64,000 bases of DNA, from assembly GCA_964036045.1 (NCBI GenBank), contig OZ038378.1, positions 1,178,001-1,242,000 of the forward strand, in the 5' to 3' direction. The notes under the pieces are model-generated. The model saw only the letters and a program-made list of their open reading frames with translations. It was not told the DNA's origin and searched no databases. This document shows, one piece after another, positions 49,408 through 62,294 of the stretch (positions are counted from its first letter, which is position 1; each line of letters opens with the position of its first letter). The position numbers were made by a program, and so were the translations under genes. Source of the stretch: Eutreptiella sp. 'Long Island Sound 2002'. Its lineage: Eukaryota > Protista > Euglenida.

Positions 49408-50048
49408 AACCTCTCCCCCAAGCATAAAAGCTTTCATCCGTGCTTGCATTGATAGTTAATCGCTTAAACTCACCAATATCATTACCCATCTTGCTCGCCC
49501 TGCGATCCAGAAGCCGCTTAGGTACGTGAGCCAAGACCCGGGCTCCCTTGTTGCTCGTGCTTGCGTTAATAGTTATTCGTGCATCCAAAATAACACGGGA
49601 GAGGGAGGACGGTTATTCGCGCATCCGAAACAACAGGGCCAGAGGGAGGACGGCTATTCGCACATCCGAAACAGGAGGGAGGAGGGTGCACAAACGCCTT
49701 CTCAAGTGGACCTAGGTATCTTGTAGAATGCCACAGGGAAGTTGCCAAGCCCATCCCGGACGTTGTTGCTGCCCCATCTTTTCACGGGCATTCAGGTTCC
49801 CAAAGTGGGTCAGTTTCCTCGTCCTACAAATCTTCACGAATCCCCTCACTTCGGCAACCATAGTGTGGTAAGAAATAAACAAACCATGGTGGGTGTATCA
49901 CGAAAGCCCACCCCGAAGAAAGTAGGAAAATCCTACGAAAGAGTAACCTCTCGTACAAAAGGGTGTAAGGAAGGGGTACGAAAGGGTATTGAATGGACCC
50001 TTTTGTAGTCCTTTCGTAGCCCTTTCGGACAAGCACCACGACGAAGGG
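49408..50048. mobile_element. ~640-bp insertion with internal ~40-bp repeats
   Basis: Interrupts the host motif TCCTC...GCTCTTCAAGGTCACTC; possible 4-bp TSD GCTC (49404-49407 and 50049-50052). Three ~40-bp units at 49572, 49612 and 49653. No TIRs. Confidence 0.35.
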
Positions 50049-51378
50049 GCTCTTCAAGGTCACTCAAGTCTTCTTGTTCCGCAACTCAACCTCAAGCTCG
50101 TCCAGTTCACCCCCCTAAGGGCCGACGTGATGTGGCCGTGTTTGATTGCTCCGTGCTCCGAGAGCCTTTGAGATGGCAAAGGCTATGAAGCCAATTTTCA
50201 TTCCGCCACCATTTCGGGTACCTGCAATCTAGCGAGGGTAATGTAGCCATTTTGTGCCGATGTAGAACTCTAAGATGGCATGGGTTATGTAGCCACTTTC
50301 ACTTTTGCCTATACGTTGGTGACCCCCAAAAGGTCATGGGTTATTCAGCCCATTGCCCACATTAAGACCTCCAAAAAAACGAGCGTTGTGTAGGCCTTTC
50401 TGACTTTGTTGCTGATTCTGCGATCCCCAAGGTAGGAAGGGGTGGGTAGTCACGTTGTCCACATATGCCTTCCAAAGACGGAAAGGGTTATGTCACTTCT
50501 ATTGTTTCCTTAGTTTCTACCCCCCCCCCCCCCCCTAGACCGCAGCAGCGACTGACCAAATTTCCTCTTGTACCGTGCTGCAAGAGCCCTCAAGAAGATA
50601 GCCTTTATGTAGCCACTTTTGATTTCCGACCCACTTCGAGGAACCCGGTGACGGCAGGGGTTTTGTAGCCATTTTGCCCACATGTGGGCCCCTAAGACGG
50701 CGCATCATAGTTTGCTTCACCAAGCTCGACCTATCAAACATGTTTACATTTGTCCCCCCCGCCCCCCTCCCCGGCATATCCAGTGTAATAACGGTCCACA
50801 CTGGCAAGGGGTCATATGGGGGCGGCAAGCTGGGGGTAATTGGAGTTGGGACCTGGGATCCCCCTATATCTTTTTGAACCTCCTTTTGCATATCTCCACC
50901 AATTTTTCAGTCAGCCGTGGAACCCCATGGTCATCGAACCAAAACTACAGTGTGTGCAAAACAACACGTGAAGCCACCAGGCTACAATTATGCAAAGGCT
51001 CATGAAAAATGTCATGAGGATCTTGTATACAACGTAGCAATGGTGCACAGGGTCTACACTCATCCTCAAGTGAGTCTCACTGAACAACCTTGAAAACTTG
51101 AACTCTTCCATTCCTCTTTTGTTCCCACACATTTCAAGCATGCTATTTGGTCTCCTGGTCGCTGTCCATTGACTGATGCACGATATGCTTTCCAATCTAG
51201 CGGCCGCACAAGTCGCAGCTCATCACCAAGAAGCCCACCTGCCATAGCCCATTGGATTGCTCCCACGACATTTCCTCTTTCAAGGTTGCGGCGGAATTCA
51301 AAAGTACACTCACGACCCGCCAACGCCCAACTACAAGTTGTAGCTGCAAGGCGGTGGGTGCTTGTGTGGTGCATGCAC

Positions 51379-51785
51379 ACCATTCCACACATTTCATGCA
51401 CTGAGGGGAGCAGACACACACTCACCAAAAAGCAGTGTAATGGAAGATGAAAAAAGGCAATGCAGCAGTATACAGCCGCGGGGTAAAACTGCATTGAAAG
51501 AAGAGATGGGTATTTGGGTATTTCCAACCTCTGTGCCAAAGTGCCAAACCCATCGCAGACCATTCCACACATTTCATACAAGAAGAGGGGCAGGAATCAT
51601 GATGATTTTCTCGGGTTACAACATCCACTGCTTTGCGAGGAGTGTGTGTATGCTCCCCTCCTTCACAATTGAGAGGAACCAAATTTCCATCGCGCTTCAA
51701 TAGCGACGTACAATGGAAGAGGAAAAAGTCCAATGCAACAGCATGCCGCTGGGGTGTAAAACTGCATTGAAAGAGAGATTGTGGG
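51379..51785. repeat. Two related copies of a 130-225-bp motif
   Basis: ACCATTCCACACATTTCAT...AATGGAAGA-GAAAAA...GTAAAACTGCATTGAAAGA at ~51379 and ~51559. Confidence 0.6.
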
Positions 51786-53202
51786 CTTCCTTGCACCGCA
51801 TATCCCGCTCCAAGACCCAAACAGGGCACCATGACGGGCCGCCCCGCCCTGTGGACCACGTCCTTGAACGGGCAGATTCTGGGCCTCCCCCCCCCTCTCG
51901 TCCGCCATGTTCACCTCACGTAGTGGACCAGCTCCACCACCTCCTCGGCTCCCCACCCTTGGACCGTACCCTGCTCCCTCCTTTCCCCCTCCCATGCTCC
52001 CCCCCCCCCCCGCCTTGGGGGGGGGGGTATGGCTCTGGCTGTGCCCCCGCTGCTGTGCCTCCCTCGTGAAATGTCGAGGCAGCAGCATGGCCAACCCCCT
52101 GTCCGTCGGTGTGGGCTCGGGGCCGGGGTTGCGCTCGCTGCTCACACCCCTCTTTGTAGCCGTCGTGCCCGCACTTCGCCTCCCCCCCTCGTAGCGCCTC
52201 CTCCTCCTCGGGGGCTCGTCGCCGCCACTGGCTTCTCTGGCGCGCTTCGAGGGCGGCGATCTTCCCTCAACATATGTGGGGGGGGGGGGGTGCTCTCCTC
52301 CCGGTCTGGGACAACCCGCGGCCCCCTTTGGGCCGCCCTTGCCTCCTCTTCCCCACCTTGCGTTCCCGCGCACGCACCTCCCTTTCCCTCTCCTCCAGCC
52401 TCGCGGCTTTGCCCCTGATCCTCGCCCTAGCATCTCCTGTTCCGCCTCCGGCGGGACACTTGGCTGCCGGAACGGCTGCGCCGGGGGGCGTTCCGTAGCG
52501 CTGACCATTGACCTCTCCGCCCGCTGTTCTCGCCCTCTCACAGCCCTCTCCGCCTCTTCAACCCTCTCCCTCCGTGTCATGAGGCGTGCTCAGGCGTGCT
52601 GCAACTCGCATCATTACATCTCCATCTCATGTGGCTTGTTTCACGAATCACAAAGCCATGGCGTATAGGCACCCTCTACTCTTGATGTTTGGCAACACCT
52701 CCTCAAGACTCACACTCAACTCGTATGCTGTCAGCAAAAGAACAATTTGCTGTCATGGAATAGCACAAATTGCTGCAACTATTTTCTGGAAAACAGCCTG
52801 ATGCAATCTGCTGCCATCAAATTGGAATTACCGTGAATACCTTCGTCGAATTTCAGCAAAAGATGTGGCCTTATGAGCTGCCCATGCGTGGTGCAACTCG
52901 CCTATGGCTTGCGCCTCCCCCGCCTCCACCCCGGGCGTGCTCTGGGCGTAGGTCTGCGCCCCCGCTGCACCCTTCGCTCCCTCTCTCGTGCTGTCCTCCT
53001 CCTCTCCTACCTTCTCCCTCGCCCGTTGGAGCTCCTCCCCCTTCCCCCCTTGCGCATCCCGTGTTGCCTGCCATTCTGGCTGGCCGGTGTGGGGGCGGGG
53101 TACCAGTGGCACCCGCGGTAGAGTGCCTGGGTATGGCGGGGGGAGGTAAATGGGCAGTGCCGCATGCGCTCTTGACAAGAGGTCATTCATCATGAGCTCC
53201 AT
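51663..53202 (-). pseudogene. GC-rich, Gly/Arg/Pro-rich ORF remnants, possibly retroelement ORF1/gag-like
   Basis: ORFs 52828-53202 and 51663-52580 on the minus strand, low complexity; share AAHKATS(F/L)AEI with 59659-60057. No diagnostic domain recognised. Confidence 0.3.
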
Positions 53203-53516
53203 AATACGCAGGAAGCGATGGAGAGGAGTGAACAGAAAGATTCCTCCTCTTCACTTCTTGGAGGAACAAGAAGAGACCTCACTCTCAGTCCTTGGGCACA
53301 TGTGGGTAGCAGTTCCCTCCGTTTTCTCCAAAACGAGGGATCACGAACCATGGCCTTGCAGTGCTTGGGTAGCATCGCCCAATCATCTTGGTTGGCCTTC
53401 TTGCTCGGTTGAGCGTTAGTCATCACTACAACCAGAAAGTAGATAAATGGCTTTTTTTCGAAATCGAACACCAATGCATTCATCGAGCCACCAATTGAGC
53501 AATTGCTCGGGATCCC

Positions 53517-53590
53517 CATTAACATGTCAATCAAGGGAATTTATAATGAGGAGCATTAACATGTCAATCAAGGGAATTTATCATGAGGAG
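53517..53590. repeat. 37-bp tandem duplication
   Basis: CATTAACATGTCAATCAAGGGAATTTAT(A/C)ATGAGGAG at 53517 and 53554. Confidence 0.9.
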
Positions 53591-54049
53591 AAACAGAAAG
53601 CAGATAAATGTTTTTTTCCTAAAGCCCCACCGTACCCCGTTGAGCATTTTCTGTGAGTTTCTCGGTCGACTTTGTCCTAAGTGTTCGGTGTAGGTGGCGC
53701 AAGAAGCAAGCAATGAAACCCGGGGGGGGGGGGGGGGCAAAGGCTCAAGGCAGAGGATTGGAATCAAAAAGCAGAAAATACACCAAGGCTTTTTCTTAGA
53801 AACACAACACCACTCCATTCATCACGCCCCCCATCGGGCACTTGCTCAGGGTTCCTAGGAGTTTTGGACTGACAAATAATCAGAAACCCAATGACCCAAT
53901 ACCACTACATTCCTCTGGCCCCCCATTGAGCAATTGCTATGAGGCCCTAGCTCTATTGTATCCTAGGTGTTGGGTGTAGGAGGCACAGGAAGGAGGAATT
54001 GCATGCGTATTCAAAGGCACATTCTTTGGTGAAAAGGGATAGTATTATG

Positions 54050-54545
54050 TCAATAAATCAATCAAAGCAGTGGGTTGGATGTTTGGGGAGGGGGATACAA
54101 TCGAGGCACATAATTGATTGCAACGTGTTGGGTGCCCGCAAGGGGATTTCGGCTGACAGAAGCAGGGAAAGAAAATAATGGGCCGTGTAACCCTTGCTCT
54201 GTTGGCAGTCCCCATACTGAGAACAACACACGAGCAACACCACCCTTTCGGTTTGATGGAAGGCGGATGTTGACAACGTGGCCACCCAACCCTTCCTATC
54301 CTAGGCATCCTAGAAGCAGGGACACAATCACAAGGGCCTACAAAGCCCTAGTGTTTTCGGAGACCCACATCTAGGCAAGTAGCTACTGATATATAACCCT
54401 TGCTGTCGTGGGGGCCCACATGTGGGCAAAATAGACATATCACCCCTCCCAGCTCGCGGGTCTCCGAAATGGGGACATAATAGAAAGTGGCTTTGTAGCC
54501 CTTACTATCTTCAAGGAACTTAAGGCCAGCGCAACCTAAAATGGC
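54050..54545 (-). repeat. Inverted segment of the macrosatellite
   Basis: GGAAGGCGGATGTTGACAACGTGGCCACCCAACCCTTCCTATC (~54257) is the reverse complement of the host motif GATAGGAAGGG...CCACGTTGTCCACATCCGCCTTCC. Confidence 0.65.
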
Positions 54546-55751
54546 AACATGACGCCAGCGCTTTTCGGGGATCCCAAACAGGGAAAAATCGTCCCCTCCC
54601 AAGCATTCAAACAATATCTTGAAGGTTACGGAGGGCTGAGCTCCTTACTTTCCCAGAGTGTTGCCGCGACGGCACGCCCCGCACGTGTCCCTGCTTTTGT
54701 ACATCAACGGGGGCACCTGTATTGGCCACGGGCCTGTCCATGCCTCTGCACCTTTCGGTTGGCCGAACGCCCATCTTGGGTTCCGGATCAAGGCCTCTGG
54801 CCATACGAATGTGCACATGACGCTGTGGGGCCAAGGGTCGAGGCCGACACTAGCAAGCATCCCTTCTAGTGTGTTTTTAGCACAAACCCCCCATTGGATA
54901 TTCAAATGTAGCATCCCACAGTCTGCCTTGATTACACCCCCCTTGGCACATCCATTCTTCTGTACGGATTGCATGCCCTCTCCGAAGTTTCATTGCCTAC
55001 TTCTTGTGTCACCTACACCCACACCTAGGACACAACAGAGGTAGTTACGCAGAGCAAATGTTGAAAGGGGGACTTGACGAATGCAGTCATATAGGGTTTT
55101 GCAAGAAAAACCTTTCGTCTATTTTCTGTTTTTGGTCAGCAAGGATTTGCCATGATTTATTTCGGGACATATTAATATTACCCATCAAGAAAGAATTGAC
55201 ATTTCAATTTGCATGCATTTCCTTCCTACTGTTACAACTATTTTGGCCACATGTGGGATCTCAAGACGGCAAGGTTTAGATTGTGTCCCCAACTTGGGGA
55301 TGCCCAAGACGGCAATTGTAATGGGGCCATTCTTACGACACTTTAGCCCCCCAAGCGCCATGGGTTATGTGCTCATTTTCTGTTCCACCCTGCTTCGGCA
55401 GCCTCAAAAAGGCAGTCACCTTTTTGCCAATTTTGATTGTAGCCACTTTTGATATCATTTCCACTTTGAAGATCTCCAAGAAGGCAAGCCTTATGTCGCG
55501 ATACGCCACATGTGGGCTCCCAAGATGGCAACGCTTGTGTAGCCACTTTTGATCTCGTCCATTGAAATTGAAGCACAAGTCCCAATAGCCTCATCTTCCA
55601 CGCACCACCAAATTTTGGACGGTGGAACTCCCGCTAGTGTGGTTGGGAAAGATGCAACTCTCGTCACTAAGACTGTATGCATGAGTGTGCCTTGCCCTGG
55701 CAATGCATGGTGTTGGTCGTGGCCGTACCTAGTGTGCTCCCAAGTTACTCC

Positions 55752-56200
55752 TCACACCTTTGAGATGGGCATTGCAAGTGTATGGCACAAGAACTGTCCT
55801 CCTTGTTCCTTTGGCTGCAGCTTTCGCCCCTGCCCCCCCCTTGCATCGCCCGGCCCTCGGTCCCGAACAGAGTTGACAACAGAGGCGTACATCATCCGGG
55901 GGGGCTTCGCCGGGGCGGCACAGCTCGATAGGGGGGCACCAAGCCCCCCCCTCCCCTCTGGCGGGGCGCCGTGGGACGCCACGGGGGCGCTTGGGACCTC
56001 CACTACGGTGGCGGCGGCAGCTGCATGGGTGCTTGGGAGTTACATGGCGGGGCTTGCGGCGGCTGCGAAGGGGTTACGTGGGATCTCCACGGCGCTGGCG
56101 GCAATAGCTGCGGCCGTGCTTGGGACCTCCAATGCGGTGGCGGCGGTGCTGGTGGGCGCTTGGGGCCTCCACGGTGGTGGTGGCATTGGTGGTCGATGGG
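55752..56200 (-). pseudogene. Ala/Pro-rich ORF remnant, possibly LINE ORF1-like
   Basis: Repeated EVPS-x-AAAA units followed by PAKPPRMMYASVV, reminiscent of the SYASVV motif in LINE ORF1 proteins; one in-frame stop. Confidence 0.25.
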
Positions 56201-58269
56201 CCGCCTGGGTCCTACATTCTTTGTTTCACACAATCTATGTTGCCTTGACGAGCTGTTCTTGGTTGTTCAATGCATTCCTCTGTTTGCATTCAGGCTGTTT
56301 GTCTTGGGAGTCGCTTGCCTCGTGTGTGTTCCCTTGGGGCTAGAGGTTACATGAGGGTCGAAAGAAGGGTTACAACTTGTATTTTACATCATGTGGATGG
56401 ATTGCAAATAGCTTGCCAAAACTGGCATGCTCTAGGAGGTACATTCCCTGAAGCATAGCCCCGAGGAGCTTGAGGCTCGAATGTGGCATTGCCTTTTAAT
56501 CTTCCACGTCTGGGAATGCAACAATGGGTAAGACCCTGCAAAATTCGACACATTGCATGCATAATTTGCGGGTCGGAAGCGGCCGAGGGGAGAGGGCTAG
56601 TGCATGTGTCACAACTCTAGCATCATTTTTACTACCCATGTTGTCCAAAATGAAAGATAACCCATCTATTTTGTGGGCAAGCGGTGCTGCTTAGGGCTGC
56701 GTCCACAAGTCAACCACGTGGTGTAAAAGCGGCTCAACAAAATCCACATACCTGAGAGGGATTATCCCGCTTTCCCAACACCCTTCTTTGAAATCTTCCC
56801 CATGATGCTCCCCAAGATGGTCGCGGTTGTCTTATGATTATAGATTTGATGGTTGTCTCCTCGATGAATGTCACCAACAACACTTTCACTGGATCACATC
56901 CAACAAAGACTGCCAAGGAAAGGCCGGAGAGACTCACCAAACATGGCACATGTCTTCGGGCCCATGTAAGTTGCAAATGCAATTTCAATGGCCATGGGCC
57001 CTAGAGATTGAAGCAATAATAGCACTTAGCACGTTGCATGCATTGGACAGCCTCAAGTTCACTAGGGCCCCCCGTGCCTAGCGCGCAGGTGCCACGGTGG
57101 GTTTTATTACCTGCGCAAGACGCACCAAAGTGCCCTCCATGCACTGCTCCACCCAATGCACCGTTCTCACGTACGTGTAGATAGATGAACTCGGTGATGG
57201 AGTCCAGTCGGGGCATCCCGAACACCTCTTGGGGCAGCCGGTAACACCGCCCGCTCCACCGCGGTAGCCGCATACGTGGCCACCATCGGCGCATGCACCT
57301 CCGCCAGCATCAACGCCACGTTGTCGCCGGGTGCCCCTGTGCGCGACTCGACCCTCATCTCGAGATCTTGCTGATTACAATGGTGGGCATATTGGAAATG
57401 GAGGCAATTGAAATGTCTGATTGTTACATGCGCAACACCAAAAATGGCCTACTATGGGCAATTTTTCCATTGTGTGAAGTAGTTGAAAATCGTGCTTTCC
57501 ATCTACCAGGGTTGCAGCTGCCAAGCGGACGACATTGTTATTCTTCTAGGGACTAGGTGGACAACTTGTGCTTTTATAGACATGAGACATGCCAGCATAA
57601 TATTTTGTTCACCCGCACACAAGTTTCCAAACATTTGGCTACATCACCTTTGGACAGTGCAATGAATCAATCAGTCAATCACTGCAATCTCACCCAATCA
57701 AAAAGGTTTGGTGCAAATATAAGTTCACAACGTAAAAGTTTTTCCCAGTTATCTTCTCTCAAACAAAGCCAATGATATCATCGACTATGACGAGTGCCAG
57801 CGGCTGCGTTCGAAGTTTGTTGACACGATGATAGCGAACTTCGAAGGCGGCCGTGAAAATGGACCACAACACATAGCGGATGGTGTTTATTATGCCGTTG
57901 GATGCATTTTGCGCACTGTATTTCATCAAATGCTGGTTGGAGCGCAATAGGCAGCAATGAGTGCATTAGCCCATACTTCTTGCTTGTGGTGTGCTTGCGA
58001 ATGTTGAAACGAGTGCATCCACATTTGTGCTTTGTAAAGGAGTCTACAAGAGGACATGACAATGAATGAACAAACGGAGAGGATTGCTTTGATGTTTGGG
58101 CATTTGGCTCTGGAGAACCTTTGTCGTACACAAAGATGCAAAGCACCCCAAAAGACTTCGCACGCTCCTCAACGCCGTTCGACCAGAAGTCTAACCATCA
58201 CTTTCCTGACGTGGATGGCGTTTGCGCAAGGGGGGTGGGGTATCAGTGCGGGAAAACAGCCGACTTTTC

Positions 58270-58450
58270 ATGCCTTGGACTCGGGGTTTCATGGCAGCCC
58301 GACAACCAATGGACTCGAACTCCAATCCACCTGGCTATGAGCAACCCATGGAAGGGCAGCCCGACAATCTGCAGACTCGAGCTCCAATCCATTTGGCTAT
58401 GAGTCACCTATCCCCCTTCATCCTCAACAAAGGCAGGGTGGGTTTCTTCA
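58270..58450 (-). repeat. Dimeric tRNA-like/SINE-like repeat, copy 1
   Basis: Matches 62295-62477. On the minus strand each monomer has an A-box-like TAGCCA(A/G)(A/G)TGG followed closely by a B-box-like GAG(T/C)TCGAGTC. Confidence 0.5.
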
Positions 58451-58599
58451 TTTTCGTCGCTTTGGAGAACCGCTTGCAATGGGGATGCGATTCGGGCGTT
58501 CACACTCAAATTCGCTTGCTCTCCCGTTTCTTGTCAACATTGCCGTTTTTCTTAGGGTTGATCTAAATTGACCTTGCACCATTTTGATTACGGTTTTGT

Positions 58600-61200
58600 C
58601 CAATCTTGGTGATTGTGTTGTTCGATTTTCTTCCCCCTTTTTATCGCGCTCCCCGGGAGACCGTCACTTCCACTTGATCAAAAAGAAGAGCATTTGCACT
58701 GGGTATGATGCATCCCAGGTCAACAAACGAAACACCTCAAAAGGCTTTGAGAGTCGCATACACAATGGCCATCACCAAAAGAGACTTTGTCTTCATGATA
58801 GCCTCGGCGGCTCTTAATGCAGTATGTTGTTCTCCATCCATGCTTTTGCAACTAGCAAGATTTAGGAAACTAGACAAGTTTGCACAAAGAGTATGCATAG
58901 CGGAAGCTGTATTGCAAACGCCATCTACTTGTGTCCTCCAATGCGGCTACAAACTTCAAAACATCGAGTCTATGAAAATGAACGGAGACACAAGTGGTGC
59001 TGATTGCTTGTCATGTACCTCTGCAGGTCTCTTGTCACTTACCTCAGCCCGTATGATCCAACTTTGGAAAGAGTTATATTGTTCAAAACTTTCCTATACG
59101 AATACAAGTATGCTATGTCTCATGCATTACGTCTGAAGCCTATAAATCCTCTACCCATGATCATCTGTCACTGCATACTTGGCATTTGCCATGGTCCATT
59201 TTGAGCGACCATATTCGGCGGTGATTTGACATTCCAAGCCTTTTGTCAAACGTCTCAAAATTTCAACAAGATAGCGTGTGCGGAGGGGACATATGGTCAT
59301 GAGGTAATCCATCGTGGAAGGATCGCCGACGTGCAACCATCATTGCGGGTGTTCCATCTTTTCAACATCACCGCACCGCTATGTTGGAGACCATGAAATG
59401 ATCCAGACTTTGCAAAACGGAAGCCAAAGAGCAATTATCTCTTTAACCTATGCAAACCATTGGTCTTTGTGTTTCCACCTATTATAGACACCATGAGTTC
59501 ACCGTTCTGTTCGCGAAATCCAATTATTGAAAACCGCCATGTTCAGGACATAAAAAAAAAAACAAAGGATCCCTTACAAGTTTCGGGTCAGAAGTATGTC
59601 AATTACCACTTTTTAGTCGCATCATTACATCCCCATCTCATGTGGCTTGTTTGATGAATCACAAAGCCATTGCATATAGGCACCCTCTAGTGTTGATGAA
59701 TGGCAACACCTCTTCAAGACTCACACTCAATCCGTAGCTTCGTTGAATTTCAGCCAAAGATGTGGCCTTATGAGCTGCGTCATACTCTTCCTTTGAGCCA
59801 TACCAAAGACCGTCTGTCATGTCCGCTACCCTCTTTTTGATCAGCCTTGCTAGGGCAACTTGTGCATGCCAATGCTTGAGGTCCAATTTCTTCCACAAAT
59901 CCCAAGGTTCTTCCCAAATGGAATGAAAATAGTCCCGTCGAAGACAATTGGTTAAATATTTCTGGATACCTTCTGCACATTGAGTGAAAAAAAACCCTAC
60001 CTGGTGTGCAGCTCCACGAAACGGAAGATTCATGACGGAATTTGATGTTGCTTCCATTTATGCTAAGTATTGGAGGATAGGATAAGATAATGCAAGATCT
60101 TTCAATGTAAAAAATAGCAACGCAAGATAGTGCAGTACAACGCAACATAACCCAAGGTATTGCAAAATGGGGGGAAAACGCAAAACAAAATTCCATGAAA
60201 ATGAAAGGGTGTACAAAGGGGTAAATGTGACATCTTCAAAAAGGTATATAAAGGAATATAGCATGCCGAAAAGTTGTAACAACGGGGTTGTTGCAAAAGA
60301 TTGCACAACGTCTTGCAAAGTACAACAAGGAGCTACGAAGTCCCACAACTTGGAGCAAGGTCATCCAACATGGTGCGAGACGGGTTGATCAGTTCTGATG
60401 CTCCTTCTTATATGGGAGTGGGGCAAACTTGTTCCAAGGGATTCGAAGATTTGAAGGACATTTTTGCGGGGCTCACACAATGACTTCATTGCACCAGCAA
60501 GAACATCAGAAGGGACGGCCATTTTTACAAGCCAGAACTTCACTGCAACCAAGAAAAGTACACAAACCACATTGGCACTTCCGTTTGGGAGCAAGGGATT
60601 CGGACCAGGTGGTTATGCTCGTCAAGACATTAAGCATTGTTTGGTGCCCTAGGCTGCCTAGCCATGGTGATAAAAGGTCCTTGACGAAATGACTGCATCA
60701 CCTGCTGAAATATACTCTCACCCAGGTTTGCGTTCAAAGTCCTCCCCTATGTATACACCAGGAGTCCGAAGGCTAGGTCCATGAATCACTTTTAAGCTCT
60801 ACCACATGTGGTAGTTCCACATCAAGCAACCCCAAACAAAGAGCATCTTGATACCTCCCTTCTTGAAGAGGAAATGCAGCGAGAAGGACAATAGTGTCCT
60901 GCGACACTCACTAGCTATCTTCTTGTCCTTGCTCAAGCTTCCTGGAATCTTTTGATGTTCGGTCCCATTGTCATGTTTTACTTTACAATGGATCAAAGCA
61001 AGGGCATATTGTTGGCTGAAGCTGCTTCGCAAGCACCCGGCAAAACACCTATGTAGGTTGATCAGTTTCCATCCAGGGCATATGATTCATTCTTTGGGAC
61101 AATAAAACAAGGGTGGCAGACCCTGCATTCATTTTGTGGCCTAGCCTCATAACTGAGCCACCGGACTACTGTGAACTTGCTCCACATGTTCATTTGATAC
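58600..61200 (-). pseudogene. Long decayed coding-like region of unknown family
   Basis: Successive minus-strand peptides separated by stops (60361-60594, 60058-60348, 59659-60057, 59151-59336); 59620-59778 is homologous to 52609-52881. Confidence 0.3.
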
Positions 61201-62294
61201 GAGCACACCCTACCCGTTGAGCATTGCTGGATCCGAGGTTTTGTTTGTGTTATGAGACCATTGACGCCCCCAATGTGGACAAAAACGAGTGGTCGCAGCC
61301 CTTGCATTGTTTTACTACACCCTTGGAAGCGGCATTAGGGTCTTCATGGCTTGCTTCACAAGGTCATTACATCTCTACATGCGAGGGTACCTTTTGTTTC
61401 CAGTGACTCTCCAGAACTCCGTTGCACCTTTGTACAAGGGTGTACCCCCCCCCCCCCGCTCCTTGTTGTGCTCTTTTGCGGCTTGAACCTCATTGGTTGG
61501 CCCTTTGCGACCGTCAACAGCTGCCCCGAACGCTAATTTCATCGCTCATCTAACTTGTGGATCCTTTCCCTCCGTAGCAGCCGAGGAAATCTACGGCAAC
61601 ATCGGAGTTGCATTGATCATCACGGGTTGTTTTAACTGATAACGGCCGATCACTGTACACTATGCAATGCATGTGGACAACGAAACTTCCAGAATCGTAC
61701 CTGATACTTCCACTCTTCCTCATAACCAGCTTATCTACAAACGAAAGCGTTGGTACGTATGTTGTTTTTCCAAACCTTGGACAAGCACTACCTTTATCAA
61801 AAAGCAACGGGGCGGCAACAACAAGAAGAAGAACAACAAAACCGGTACCAAGATCAATCTACAGCTCAGCTTGGATACCACGCACATATCCGTGAGCACA
61901 AACATTCACCTACATTCTTAACATCACTGAGTTTTAGCCAAAGCTTGCTTGTGCAATTATTTTGTACCCCTTTTGTAATGATGAAAAGCTTTTCCCAAAA
62001 TGAATGATGGAGGCCCTTTTGTACTCCTTTTGTAATGATGAAAAGCTTTTTGCAACATGCATCCCCCAAAAAAAACCAAACACAATTTCCCCCCCTACCC
62101 TTCGGACCCGTGCCTGCTTCATTGGTGTTCCATTTTTATGTGACCTTTGTTGGGTCTGCTATATGGATCATGTTGGTCATTTCTTAAACACCCATTCGTC
62201 TCTATTTCTTGGTTCCGGACGATTCATAGCTTTGTGGCCTTTTCTTAATTTTTGTGGTCCGACAGCCACCGCTGCCGCTGTTTTCCTTTCCACA

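Larger units (their letters stand above)
21600..55560. repeat. Degenerate macrosatellite-like array of ~1.8-2.3-kb units with short internal subrepeats
   Basis: Core anchor GATGGTTAGTTCT recurs at ~24885, 28482, 30587, 32574, 41401, 43171 and 47541 (variant), each followed by a conserved block (...CACTATGAAAGG...TCAAGTGGTTGTATGAA...). Between cores are many copies of CCCCAAGACGGCA(A/G)GGGTTATGTAGCCA..TTGCCCACATGTGGG. Confidence 0.85.

Noticed and set aside
54658-54860. Possible RNase H N-terminus (LYINGG...GHTNVHMTLWG)
   Set aside because: The expected catalytic Asp and Glu are absent; the resemblance is too weak to call.
21600-55560. Dozens of 60-140-codon ORFs in the array as genes
   Set aside because: They fall in degenerate repeat units, and stops and frames differ between homologous copies.
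4109-61460. Long poly-G/poly-C runs as G-quadruplex regulatory sites
   Set aside because: They are ubiquitous across the window, often inside repeats, and homopolymer length is unreliable in assemblies; there is no locus-specific signal.
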